Shown here: positions 41,037 through 52,907 of the stretch, one piece after another | Position numbering within the stretch: position 1 is the stretch's first letter | Layout of the letters: each line of letters opens with the position of its first letter | DNA from: Piromyces finnis finn | Taxonomy: Eukaryota > Fungi > Neocallimastigomycota | Assembly: GCA_002104945.1 (NCBI GenBank) | Contig: MCFH01000015.1 | Span: 806,001 to 870,000, forward strand | Length of the DNA stretch: 64,000 nucleotides | Direction: 5' to 3' | Program-made: the position numbers and the translations under genes | Notes under the pieces: generated by a model | Seen by the model: the letters and a program-made list of their open reading frames with translations, nothing else | Told to the model about the DNA's origin: nothing | Database searches by the model: none

Positions 41037-41657
41037 TGTCAAAAAGCGATTTTTTATTAAAGAAAAGTGTGGTAAGCACACTAGTTATATTAATTAACAA
41101 ATATAATACGCTTTCCTATTGAAGGCGTAAAGCTAATAATATTTATATAAAGAAAATTAAATAATATTTTTGTTTTAGCAATAATTTAATATCAGTATAT
41201 ATTAAGTTATTAAAAATATTAAAATTTTTAAAGTTTTGGGTTTTATAGAAGTTTATAAATTTTATTAACTTTAAGTTAAAAAATTACTAACGCTAAAGCT
41301 TTGTAATTTTTTGTGATTTTTTGTTCTTTTTATACTTGAACAATTTTAATAATTACATTTTTAATTTTAATTAATTATTGTTTAATTATAAAATATTTAA
41401 TTTTTATAAATTAATAATTAATATAATTATTGTAAATAGTTAATAAATTTAAAATAAATTTTTTAATAATAAATTTTTTAATAATTTAAAAAAAAAATTT
41501 AATAATTTCAAATATTAAAAATTTATACTTTGAAATTTTTTAATAAAAATTTAAAAAATAAATTTTTTCAAATTTTCAAATTTTCAAATTTTAAAAAATT
41601 TTTAATTTTTTCCATGTGTCCAAATTTTTTAAATTTTTATATATGTTGTTGTGACAA
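41037..41657 (-). repeat. LTR of the dual-RT family (621 bp)
   Basis: TGTCA...TGACA, near-identical to 35664-37320 (minus the insert) and to 52234-52826 in reverse. Confidence 0.88.
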
Positions 41658-42081
41658 TGATACGAAGAGGATATTATCTTAATTCTATATTTTACTATAG
41701 AAAGTGATAATATCTGTATCTAAAAATTTATAAATAAAAATAAGGAAAATAAAAATAGAATAAATGATTTTTATACTTGTTCATTTGCAAGTATTAGTTA
41801 ATTTTTAAAAATATAAAGTTTATTTAATTATAAAATTATCATTATTTAATAACTCTAGTATTATTAAATAAAAAAAATGTATGTTTTATATTCTAATTTT
41901 CAGGGATTATTAGTAACCCTTTTAAAAATAAGTTTTATTATAAAATCATTTTTGAATTTAATATTTAAAAGTATATATATCTAATTTTTCGCTCTGGATT
42001 ATTAGGAACATCTTTTAAAATAAAGTAATTCTATCACTATTTATACAAAATTATTATTTTAAAGTATAATTATAAACAAAT

Positions 42082-42808
42082 TGTAAAAGTTTTATAAATG
42101 TAAAACAGATTATAAAATTTTTTACAATAAAACAACAACACAAAATAAAGAAAAAACAAGAAAATAAATTATATTTAAAAAAATATCTCTTTTATTAATT
42201 TTATTTAGTTATTAACTAAATAATAGTCAATAACAATTACATCGTTTTAATCAAGAAATTTTACATGCATTTATATTTTTCGTAAATTATATTTTAATAT
42301 ACTATTCTATTTAATTATACATATATTCAATATAAAATAAACAAAACTAATTTAATACTAATTTAATTAAATAATAAAATAATAAAACTAAACTAAAACT
42401 AATTAAATACACTTTTGATTCAATTTGAGTAAACTGCAAATTGAATACAGTCCATGTATTACCTATATATTAATTAAATATTAATAATACTATTTATTAT
42501 ATATTTATAATTAAAAATGCTAATTTAAAACTACGCTAAAGTTATTAAACTAATTTTAATTAAATAAAAACTTTTTAAGATTTAATTTGAATATTTAAAA
42601 TATTTAAATTTAATTATCCATTAATTTAAATATTTATCCAAATTTCATTTCTAACTTTGATATTTTAAAATTAATATTTATTTAATTATTCCATAAAATT
42701 TATACAATAAATTTTATAAACAATTTTTTCATTAAAATATCAAAATTATTATTCAATAATTATTAATTAATTATTAAATAATTTAAAGATATACTTTATA
42801 TCTTTACA
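42082..42808 (-). repeat. 3' LTR (727 bp)
   Basis: TGTAAAAG...CTTTACA, matching 48236-48962. Confidence 0.95.
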
Positions 42809-42839
42809 ATCTCGCCCTTTAAGTCGAGCTCCTGCGAGA

Positions 42840-45800
42840 TTATTTCTTTGAAGGAATATCAATTACAAATGGTTGATATCTATGTTTGATCATACCATTG
42901 TTATTCCTTGTATAGACTTGATCTTGACTTTCTTTTCTAGACTTTTTATTTTTTCTATAAAATTCTTGGATCAATTGTACATCTGTAATTTGATCTTCCG
43001 GGATCCAAGTATTTTCGTCAAGATTTTTCCATGTCATCAAGAAAGATTTCTTTCCATGATAATTTCTTTCTTGAATAATCTTATCAGGAATCCTATCAAT
43101 AGTATCAGTAGTTAACTTAACATTTTTTCTTTTATTCATTACTGATCTATTTACAAATTCATTTTCGTTATAAGGTTCCAATAACGAAACATGAAAAACA
43201 GGGTGGCAACGTAAATTGTTTGGTAGTTTTAATTCAAATGCTAAAGGGCTTACCTTCTTGATTATTTCAAAAGGTCCAAGCATTTGATCAGCAAGTTCTC
43301 TTTTGATATTTTTATTTGAAGGATTAATACCTTTTAATAACCAAACTTTTTTACCAACTTCGAAATCTGGGGATTCCATTCTCTTTTGATCAGCATACTT
43401 TTTGTAGGTTTCTTTTGCTTGATCAAGATTTACTTTTAAAAATTTAATGTTTTCATTAATATCCAAAATTCTTTGTTCAGCTCTATTTGGTCTATTCGCT
43501 GAAGGGATTTCAGGGTTAAATTTTGGATTGAACCCATAATTAGCGAAAAACGGAGATTGGTTGATTGATTGCTGTAAAGTATTGTTATAAGCAAATTCAG
43601 CAAAAGGTAACAAGTCAACCCAATTATTCTGTTTTTCGTTAATAAAACAACGGAGATATTGTTCCAATATCCCGTTTACCCTCTCCGTTTGACCATCAGT
43701 TTCAGGATGGTTTGCAGTAGAAAAAGCAAGTTTAATATTTAACAAATTACATAAACGATTCCAAAAGTCTGAGGTAAATTGAGTACCTCGATCAGAAATG
43801 ATGGAATCAGGAAAACCATGTAATTTAAAGATATTGTTAACAAAAACATCAGCTGCTATAGAAGCAGTAGGCAAACATCTTAAAGGAATAAAATGAGCCA
43901 TTTTTGTTAACCTATCAACTATAACCATAATGGTAGTCATGTCTTTGGATTTAGGAAGCTCGACAATAAAATCCATTGACAATTCCGACCAAGCTCTATT
44001 AGGTGTGGAAAGAGGAGAAAGCAAACCATATGGTTTATGTCTTGGAACTTTAGCTTTACAACAAGTTTCGCAAGACTTTATAAACTTTTTAACATCATAA
44101 CTAAACTTTGGCCACCAAAAATTTCTACTAATTAATTCAATAGTTTTATTAACACCAAAGTGACCAGCAGAAATAGAATCATGATGTAATTCTAAGACCC
44201 TAGTTCTTAGTGAAGAAGGAACATAAATTAAATTATCATAAAGTAAAAATCCTTCTTTATCAATTTTAACTTTATTAATATTCCTAATCGGAGGGGACGA
44301 AGAATTTTTATCATTAAGAAATACACAAACTTTATTATATAAATCATCATTTTTTAAGGAACATAGAATAGAATTAATTAAAGAATCATCTTTATTAAAA
44401 GAATTAATTACATTACATGAAATAAAATTACAACTAAAATTACTACATTCAATATTTTCATTAATCCTATCATTATTATAAATATTACAGATATGATCAC
44501 TACGTCTGGATAACAAATCAGGTTTACCAGACTTTTTTCCAGCTCTATAAATTAACTTAAAATCAAATCTTGATAAAAATTCATACCATCTTATCTGTCG
44601 TTGTGAGAGCATCTCAGGCTTTCTTGGAAAGGTTAAATTCTTATGATCAGTATAAATGATGAACTGATGCTTTGCACCTTCCAGATAATGCCTCCATTCT
44701 TCAAGAGCCACTTTGATAGCGAGCAACTCTTTATCATAAATTTGATAGTTCCTTTGAGACTTGGTTAAGCTAGATGAAATAAAAGCAATAGGGTGCAATT
44801 GCCCTTCAAATTCTTGTGAAAGAATTGCACCGACAGCAAAGTTACTAGCGTCAGTCTCAACAATAAAAGGTTTGTTGCTATCAGGGTTCATTAAGATAGG
44901 AGCTGAAGTAAAAGCCTTTTTAAGTGTAACAAATGCATTTTGACACTCAGAAACCCAATTAAAAGGAACATTTTTCCTAGTAAGTTTGTGTAGAGGACTA
45001 GCAATTTTCGCAAAGTCTTTAATAAAAATTCTATAATAATTACATAATCCAATAAAGGATTGAACTTCTTTAACGTTTGTAGGAACAGGCCAGTCGAGGA
45101 TAGCTTTAACTTTATCTCTATCCATTTTCAGACCATCTTTGGATAATACATAACCAAGGAAAGTGGTTTCTGAAACATCAAACTCACACTTCTCTAACTT
45201 AACATATAAATTATTTTCTAATAATTTTTTCAATACTTTTTTAACATGTTCATGATGTTCTTCTAGGCTATTTGAATATATTAGAATATCATCAATATAT
45301 GATATAGCAAAATCATCTAAATAATCACTAAGGACATCATTTATGAAATGTTGAAACGTAGCTGGTGCATTCTTTAAACCAAAAGGCATGACAAGATATT
45401 CAAAATGCCCATATCTTGTTCTAAAGGCAGTTTTGTATTCATCACCCTCTTTGATTCTAACTAAATTATAAGCAGACTTTAAGTCCAACTTAGTAAAGTA
45501 TTTTGCACCTTTCACTCTATCCAATAAGTCACCAATTAACGGAAGAGGATATGAATTTCTAATTGTCATGTCATTAAGTTTCCTATAATCAACGCAAAGT
45601 CTTAATGACCCATCTTTCTTTTTGACAAATAAAACTGGTGCTCCGGCAGGAGATGAAGATTTCCTAATGAAACCTTTTTCTAAATTTTCATTGATATAAT
45701 TTTTTAATTCATCTCTCTCTGCCTCAGTTAAAGGATAAAGAGGACCATAAAACAAGTTAGCATTATCCTTTAATCGGATTTCACAATCGTATTCACGATG

Positions 45801-47651
45801 TGGAGGTAAAATATTACAATTCTTTTCATTAAAAACCTCTTTAAATAATAAATATTGTTTTGGAATTTCAATAGATTTTTTATCTTTATTCAAATTATCA
45901 CTTTCACTTTTACATTTATTAATAATATTACAAAATAAATCATAACAGTTACTAACTGAATTTAATACACGAGAATTATTATTATTACACACGTTTTTTG
46001 AAAATGAGTACTGTTTTGGTCCAGTGACCGAATTATTATCTTTATTTAAATTTTCATCAATACAATTAATGCTATTACATATACATTTAAAATTACAATT
46101 ATTATCATTATTTAAACTATTACTAAATTTAATTTTATTAAAACTATCTAGGTTACTAATGGTTTTGACGGAGGTTCTACGGCCTCTAATACTTAATGTT
46201 TCTTCATCATCACTGGAGTCGCTATAAGAGTATTCATAATGATTGTATGAACCAAGTTCACTATAAGAGGATTGATCATCTTCATCATCTTGAATAACTT
46301 CTTTTCCTTTTCTTGATGATATTTTTTCTTTCTTGGTTTCCTTTGTGCTACTCTTGTTCTTTCTTCTTCCCACATTACAATGTCTGGCACAGTATGTAGA
46401 GTTAAATGCAATTTTGGAAGAATCGTGGTAGTAAACAGGGCAATGTTTATCAATCCAAGGTACACCAAGAATTATATCAACTTCAGGAATTCTAAGTGCA
46501 TATAATTGAATGACTTCGTAATGATTTCTCAAACGAAGGATGCACTTTTCGGATTCCTTTTTCACGGTAGATGTACCTTGCCCTAAACCAGAAACCTTGA
46601 AAGATTCAGCAATATTTGAAAGTTTAATATTATTGATTCGGGCGAACTCGGGGTGGATGAAATTAAGATCGGAACCAGAATCAATAAGTACCTTAGCTTT
46701 GACTTCATCAATATCATTGGTTTTGATATAAAAATCAATAATATTTTTCTTTTCACCTTTATGAATTTCGAATATGTTTGAAGTTCCCTTGGAATTAAGA
46801 TTATCCTTTTTAATTTTCTTGATTGAAGGGCTAGCTTCGTCTTCTGAATAGCATCTCTTGATAATTTTTACATTTTTTGGTTTCTTTTTGTTTGGACAAT
46901 TGAATTGAAAGTGTCCAGACTTTCCACAAGTAAAGCAAACTCCATTCTTCTTAGCCTCAGTGCGATTTATTTTATTTTCGTCATAATTACTTCTATGAGG
47001 AGGGAAGTAATTAACCTTTCTTTGACCTAAACTGATCCTATATAAATCCACATCCATAGGATCATTTTGGTTATAATTTCTTCGGTCTTGATGCGTCATG
47101 TAATATTCACTGATATCATTTCTCTTAGTAAGATTTTCAATACTAAGGACATCAGAATAAAGACGCTCTAATTGAGAGGGATTTGGATTCACTACAGCTA
47201 AATGTTCACGCATTTTCGGATGTAATCCCTTTGTGAACATGTATATTTTAGCTGCTTCATTAAAATTCGAATTTTGGCTAACGCGTTGGAATTCGTTAAT
47301 GTATTCGAACACCTTGCCAAATTTTCTTTGTTTAATGTTGCAAAGTCTTCCATTTGCAACAATCGTATCATTATTCGGATCCCCGAAATTGGTACGAAGA
47401 GCAGCAATAAACCGATCATAGTTTCTTAGAACGGCGTCGTTATTTTGTCTTAAACGAGCGGCCCATTCTAAAGGTCTATTGACAAAGTAAGATATTAAGA
47501 ATCGAACTCTTGCCTCATCATTAACAAATCTATCAGGGTTGGCTTCAATGGCTAGTTCAACCCTGGTCAAGAACCCATCTAGTTCTTGTCTTCTTCCTGA
47601 AAAGGTTGGAGGATCATTAACTATCCTCAAAGACGCCCCTTGACGGTCCAT
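42840..47651 (-). CDS. gag-pol: Gag-Pol polyprotein: Gag, CCHC, protease, RT, RNase H, integrase, chromodomain
   Basis: First ATG at 47651 (the track's 47699 start is TTG). Motifs CFTCGKSGHFQFNC, LIDSGS, YIDD, TDAS/ELLA/TDH, H..H..C..C, MDF/SDRG/QTERVN, GPF, and C-terminal SFLMTWK..NTWIPE. Confidence 0.96.
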   Translation of the reverse strand: MDRQGASLRIVNDPPTFSGRRQELDGFLTRVELAIEANPDRFVNDEARVRFLISYFVNRPLEWAARLRQNNDAVLRNYDRFIAALRTNFGDPNNDTIVANGRLCNIKQRKFGKVFEYINEFQRVSQNSNFNEAAKIYMFTKGLHPKMREHLAVVNPNPSQLERLYSDVLSIENLTKRNDISEYYMTHQDRRNYNQNDPMDVDLYRISLGQRKVNYFPPHRSNYDENKINRTEAKKNGVCFTCGKSGHFQFNCPNKKKPKNVKIIKRCYSEDEASPSIKKIKKDNLNSKGTSNIFEIHKGEKKNIIDFYIKTNDIDEVKAKVLIDSGSDLNFIHPEFARINNIKLSNIAESFKVSGLGQGTSTVKKESEKCILRLRNHYEVIQLYALRIPEVDIILGVPWIDKHCPVYYHDSSKIAFNSTYCARHCNVGRRKNKSSTKETKKEKISSRKGKEVIQDDEDDQSSYSELGSYNHYEYSYSDSSDDEETLSIRGRRTSVKTISNLDSFNKIKFSNSLNNDNNCNFKCICNSINCIDENLNKDNNSVTGPKQYSFSKNVCNNNNSRVLNSVSNCYDLFCNIINKCKSESDNLNKDKKSIEIPKQYLLFKEVFNEKNCNILPPHREYDCEIRLKDNANLFYGPLYPLTEAERDELKNYINENLEKGFIRKSSSPAGAPVLFVKKKDGSLRLCVDYRKLNDMTIRNSYPLPLIGDLLDRVKGAKYFTKLDLKSAYNLVRIKEGDEYKTAFRTRYGHFEYLVMPFGLKNAPATFQHFINDVLSDYLDDFAISYIDDILIYSNSLEEHHEHVKKVLKKLLENNLYVKLEKCEFDVSETTFLGYVLSKDGLKMDRDKVKAILDWPVPTNVKEVQSFIGLCNYYRIFIKDFAKIASPLHKLTRKNVPFNWVSECQNAFVTLKKAFTSAPILMNPDSNKPFIVETDASNFAVGAILSQEFEGQLHPIAFISSSLTKSQRNYQIYDKELLAIKVALEEWRHYLEGAKHQFIIYTDHKNLTFPRKPEMLSQRQIRWYEFLSRFDFKLIYRAGKKSGKPDLLSRRSDHICNIYNNDRINENIECSNFSCNFISCNVINSFNKDDSLINSILCSLKNDDLYNKVCVFLNDKNSSSPPIRNINKVKIDKEGFLLYDNLIYVPSSLRTRVLELHHDSISAGHFGVNKTIELISRNFWWPKFSYDVKKFIKSCETCCKAKVPRHKPYGLLSPLSTPNRAWSELSMDFIVELPKSKDMTTIMVIVDRLTKMAHFIPLRCLPTASIAADVFVNNIFKLHGFPDSIISDRGTQFTSDFWNRLCNLLNIKLAFSTANHPETDGQTERVNGILEQYLRCFINEKQNNWVDLLPFAEFAYNNTLQQSINQSPFFANYGFNPKFNPEIPSANRPNRAEQRILDINENIKFLKVNLDQAKETYKKYADQKRMESPDFEVGKKVWLLKGINPSNKNIKRELADQMLGPFEIIKKVSPLAFELKLPNNLRCHPVFHVSLLEPYNENEFVNRSVMNKRKNVKLTTDTIDRIPDKIIQERNYHGKKSFLMTWKNLDENTWIPEDQITDVQLIQEFYRKNKKSRKESQDQVYTRNNNGMIKHRYQPFVIDIPSKK

Positions 47652-47869
47652 ATTTTCGTTTAAGTGGAGGTTAGATAAGAGTTGGTTGATTTCCTCCAAT
47701 ATGCTTAATATTTTACTTATTTAATTTTTTACAATATTTTAATTAAGATGTCGTCGTAACTCTATCCTATCAAACGGTGTTAGACGAGCTCTTAAAAATA
47801 TAGTAACAAAATTAAATACAGTAACCAAATAGTGTTGGAAGCTTGAATGATACTAAAATAATAATCTAA

Positions 47870-48149
47870 ACGCGGTAGATATTTCCTAAGACACGGTAGA
47901 TCGCCTTTAAAACACAGTAGATATTCCTTTAGACGCGGTAGATATTTCCTAAGACACGGTAGATCGCCTTTAAAACACAGTAGATATTCCTTTAGACGCG
48001 GTAGATATTTCCTAAGACACGGTAGATCGCCTTTAAAACACAGTAGATATTCTTTTAGACGAGGTAGATATTTCCTAAGACACGGTAGATCGCCTTTAAA
48101 ACACAGTAGATATTCTTTTAGACGAGGTAGATATTTCCTAAGACACGGT
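47870..48149. repeat. 63-bp tandem repeat x~4.4, each made of three 21-bp subunits, in the 5' UTR
   Basis: Units start at ~47870, 47933, 47996, 48059 and 48122. Subunits share the core AC(G/A)(C/G)(G/A)GTAGAT. Confidence 0.92.
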
Positions 48150-48224
48150 AAGTAAGAAAAAAAATATTAAATATGTTTTATTAAAAAAAAAAAAATTTTA
48201 TAACGTGTTTTATAAAAAAAAAAG

Positions 48225-48235
48225 GTAATTGTTAT
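48225..48235 (-). promoter_or_regulatory. Self-priming PBS (ATAACAATTAC)
   Basis: Abuts the 5' LTR, has no TGG, and is perfectly complementary to the LTR sequence at 48384-48394. Confidence 0.85.
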
Positions 48236-48962
48236 TGTAAAAGTTTTATAAATGTAAAACAGATTATAAAATTTTTTACAATAAAACAACAACACAAAAT
48301 AAAGAAAAAACAAGAAAATAAATTATATTTAAAAAAATATCTCTTTTATTAATTTTATTTAGTTATTAACTAAATAATAGTCAATAACAATTACATCGTT
48401 TTAATCAAGAAATTTTACATGCATTTATATTTTTCGTAAATTATATTTTAATATACTATTCTATTTAATTATACATATATTCAATATAAAATAAACAAAA
48501 CTAATTTAATACTAATTTAATTAAATAATAAAATAATAAAACTAAACTAAAACTAATTAAATACACTTTTGATTCAATTTGAGTAAACTGCAAATTGAAT
48601 ACAGTCCATGTATTACCTATATATTAATTAAATATTAATAATACTATTTATTATATATTTATAATTAAAAATGCTAATTTAAAACTACGCTAAAGTTATT
48701 AAACTAATTTTAATTAAATAAAAACTTTTTAAGATTTAATTTGAATATTTAAAATATTTAAATTTAATTATCCATTAATTTAAATATTTATCCAAATTTC
48801 ATTTCTAACTTTGATATTTTAAAATTAATATTTATTTAATTATTCCATAAAATTTATACAATAAATTTTATAAACAATTTTTTCATTAAAATATCAAAAT
48901 TATTATTCAATAATTATTAATTAATTATTAAATAATTTAAAGATATACTTTATATCTTTACA
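48236..48962 (-). repeat. 5' LTR (727 bp)
   Basis: Matches 42082-42808. Confidence 0.95.
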
Positions 48963-49089
48963 CAAATATAAACTATTTAATTTAAAAATAAGTAAACAAT
49001 TAAATAAACAAAAAGTTTACATTTATAATTTTTAATTTAATAATTTTATACAAGTTAATTATTTTAATTTTTAACTATCTGTGTTTTAA

Positions 49090-49129
<40 letters not shown>

Positions 49130-50254
49130 TCATAATTTATAAATTTAATTATTTATCAACAAACTGACACACGTTCAAGTATACCTTAATTCTAAATAAG
49201 CTTAGAAAGTGGTATATTTGGTATGTATTTGAATGACTTATTTTTACTTGCTCATTCTACAAGTTTATATAATTATTAAATATAATTTAAAGTTTTAAAA
49301 ACACATCTTGTTTTATAATATTAATTTATTTATTTAAAATAAATGTATAATACATCTCGCTATGTATTATAAAAAAAATATATTAATTTATTATAATTTT
49401 AAAATATTCTAATTTTCTTGGCTAATTAGTAACAATCTTTAAAAATAATATTTTCTATTTCTATTTATAATAAATAATTACATTTAAGTTTGTTTATAAA
49501 CAAAAGTTGTTTATATTTTACATTTTTAAAATTTAATTAAACATTTATATTTTATATTATTTTGATTATTTACTATTATTTTAATTTATATTAAGTTTAT
49601 ATAATTTTAAAATCAGCTATTCTATTAATTCATTATTTATAAATTTCATTCTTTATCAAAACTAATGTAAAAGGTTTTTTATATTATTAGTTAATAAGTT
49701 ATAAATTAGTTAATTAAGTTAGTTATTACCTCTCTATACGAGTTAATAACTAAATAAAGTTTTATAAAAAATAATAAAAGAAAGAAAATAAATATTATAA
49801 CACTAAAATAAATATAAACACTGATATAAATATTTTATGAAATAATTCTTACTTAAATAATTATTTTTAATTATATCTTTTATTTATTTATTATAATTAT
49901 CATACATTAATTATTATTATAGTTATTAATTTACTTTAATACTAACGCTAAAGTATTTAACGTTAGTTTAAACTATACTATTTAACTATATTAGTTTATT
50001 TTTTTTACCACTTGATTGGGTAAAGCAAATAAACTTCCTATTTAATTAATAACCATTAATATATGGTTATGCACATATCTGGCCAATAAATGGTGACCAG
50101 AATATATGGTTTCAATTGAAATATTTGTGGGCAAACTTATGGCCACTGTAAAATAAACTATACTACAGTTCAGGTTTGTATACACTAAATTAAACTAACA
50201 CAAACTATGTTTTATTTTTAATAATACTTTTATTTATTTTAAACTATATTAACA

Positions 50255-50956
50255 ACCGTTGATTACTTTACCGTGAAGGTTATTTTACCAGAGCCCTTAC
50301 TAGGTAATCAATTTATTTTTATTTAAAACTAAAATTATTAATCTAAACTATAAACTAATGTTAATTTATACTAAATTAACCTATACGATTTTCCAACTAT
50401 CGTTTCAATAGTTGAAAATTTTTCTTTATTTATACTTTTTAAATAAATTGAATAAATTCTAATATACATGTTTTAATATTATAATTTTACATTGTTTACA
50501 TTTATACATTTATTAAAAGAAATTATTTGTATTAAACTATTTAAATTCAATTTATTTACTAAAGAATTTTCTAAACTTAAAATAAAGTTTTGATTTATTT
50601 ACTATATGGTTGATTATATTTCAAACATATATTCAATTTATTTATTTCTAATTTTGAGGCTTAGTTTATAAAAAAATTTTTTTATTATCTAAAATATTTA
50701 TTGGTTAAAAATTATTTAATTTAAAATTTTATTTTATCATCAAAAACTTTATCTTATCATAAAATTAAATTTTACATAAATTTATGTTAATGTATTGTGA
50801 TATAAATTTTTGTAATTAAAGAATAAAATTTACATAAATTTATGTTAACGTATTGTGATATAAATTTTGTAAAAATTTACGGTACATTAATTTAATACAT
50901 TATACATTATTTTAAATATGTATTAATACATTGTTCTATTAATACAATATTTTACA
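50255..50956 (-). repeat. LTR copy related to 15975-16617 (left boundary approximate)
   Basis: Shared ACAACCGTTGATTA..TTTACCGTGAAGG... sequence ending ATATTTTACA. Confidence 0.65.
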
Positions 50957-51003
50957 GCCACAAATATTTCTTACATGGTACAACCTGTTTGTTTTGTTTG
51001 TAC

Positions 51004-51283
51004 CTTTATATGGATCAATACAACTAGAATGAATAAAACAATTATTATATTATAATGAAATAACACAACAATAAAAATGATTTTTATATTTTATGTATTA
51101 TTGTATATATTCTTTTTATTTATCTTTGATCAATAATGTACTATTTATATGGATCAATACAACTAGAATGAATAAAACAATTATTATATTATAATGAAAT
51201 AACACAACAATAAAAATGATTTTTATATTTTATGTATTATTGTATATATTCTTTTTATTTATCTTTGATCAATAATGTACTAT
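51004..51283. repeat. 139-bp tandem duplication
   Basis: TGGATCAATACAACTAG... starts at 51011 and 51150. Confidence 0.85.
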
Positions 51284-52233
51284 TAATGATTTAAACTCTT
51301 ATAATAGAAATAAATAAGTATAATTCACTAGATTATAATCTGAATATCACTATTAATTCCTACTTAAATCTAATAATAATATTATTTATCTATCTAGTAT
51401 TATCACTTATGCCTATTTTCTTATTATTATTTCTTATTATCTTTTATATCGTTTCTTCTCTTTTAATATTTATTAATTCTCTTTTATTAAATACTCTTTG
51501 TTGTAATTAAGGTTTTTAGTCTTTTTTAATTAATTTTATTTATAATTTTTATTTTAGTTATTGCTATAAGTGTTATTAATTAAATCAATAATTGTTAGCT
51601 TATAAATTTATATATTAAATTTTTATTAAACCTAAAATACTTAAAGTAGAATTATTATTAGTAAAATTAAAGGTTAAATAGGAATTCCTATGCTCTTACA
51701 TTTTTCTGAATCAGTCGTACCATACTGTAAGAAACATAGATAAATTCTATATAATTTACCTATTTTCTTATTAATTAATATTTATTATAATGTTTATTAT
51801 TATTTATTGTTTAATACATTAATTTAACACATTATTTAATACACTATTTAATACATAATTTGATACATTAATTAAATACATTAATTAAATACATTGTTTT
51901 ATTACATTAATTTAGTTGTATCATTTTAACCAATCCATGTATAATGTATTAAATTACTATAAAAGAATAATCTTGATTCTCTTGAGAAATCAAGAGTTAT
52001 TATTATATAAATTTATTAATAAATAAAGTATTAATTATTTTTAAAAAATAATGTTTATTTAACGTGTGTTTTTAAGTGTTAATATTTAATATTTTGTTTA
52101 TTAGTATTTTTATATAAAACTCGACATTAATGTTTTTATTTTCTTTCTCAAATTAGTAATATTTAATTATTATTAATTTGTAGAAGAAGTTATTTATAAT
52201 TTATTTATAAGTAACTTCTTACACATACAACTA

Positions 52234-52826
52234 TGTCACAATAACATATATAAAAATTTAAAAAATTTGGACACATGAAAAAAATTAAAAATTTTTTTAA
52301 AATTTGAAAATTTGAAAATTTGAAAAAATTTCAAATTATAAAATTTCTAATATTCGAAATTATTAAATTTTTTTTAATAATTATTAAAATTTTATTATAA
52401 AAAATTTTTATTTTTAAATTTATTAACTATTTACAATAATTATTAATTATTAATTTATAAAAATTAAATATTTTATAATTAGATAATAATTAATTAAAAT
52501 TAAAAAATGTAATAATTAAAATTGTTCATGTATAAAAAGAACAAAAATTGACAAAAATTACGAAGTTTTAGCATTAGTAATTTTTAACTTAAAGTTAATA
52601 AAATTTATAAACTCCTATAAAACCTAAAACTTTAAAAATTTTAATATTTTTAATAACTTAATATATGCTGATATTAAGTTATTGCTAAAATAAAAATATT
52701 ATTTAATTTTCTTTATATAAATATTATTAGCTTTACGCCTTCAATAGGAAAGCGTATTATATTTGTTAATTAATATAACTAGTGTGCTTACCACACTTTT
52801 CTTTAATAAAAAATCGCTTTTTGACA
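52234..52826 (+). repeat. 5' LTR (593 bp) of the dual-RT element
   Basis: TGTCACA...TTTGACA, lies 81 nt before the gag ATG, followed by a self-priming PBS. Three other copies are in the window. Confidence 0.88.
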
Positions 52827-52837
52827 TTACTAACGCT
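52827..52837 (+). promoter_or_regulatory. Self-priming PBS (TTACTAACGCT)
   Basis: Abuts the LTR. Complementary to LTR 52570-52580 with 1 mismatch in this copy and perfectly in the copies at 10466, 35911 and 41284. Confidence 0.8.
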
Positions 52838-52907
52838 TATTATAAAAGTGCGCTAAGCACCAATTAGTTAGTAATTATTAATAACTAAATATAATAATTA
52901 AAGTTTA

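Larger units (their letters stand above)
42082..48962 (-). mobile_element. Intact Ty3/Gypsy chromovirus (6881 bp)
   Basis: Two 727-bp LTRs with no difference seen by eye, TSD CAAAT, PPT AAAGGGCGAGA, self-priming PBS, and a single uninterrupted gag-pol ORF. Confidence 0.97.

Noticed and set aside
47870-48149. CRISPR-like array
   Set aside because: Units are contiguous with no unique spacers, there are no cas genes, and the context is a eukaryotic retroelement leader.
41037-52826. LTRs at 41037 and 52234 as the two ends of one element
   Set aside because: They are in opposite orientation, have no shared TSD, and the 52234 copy is followed by its own PBS and gag.
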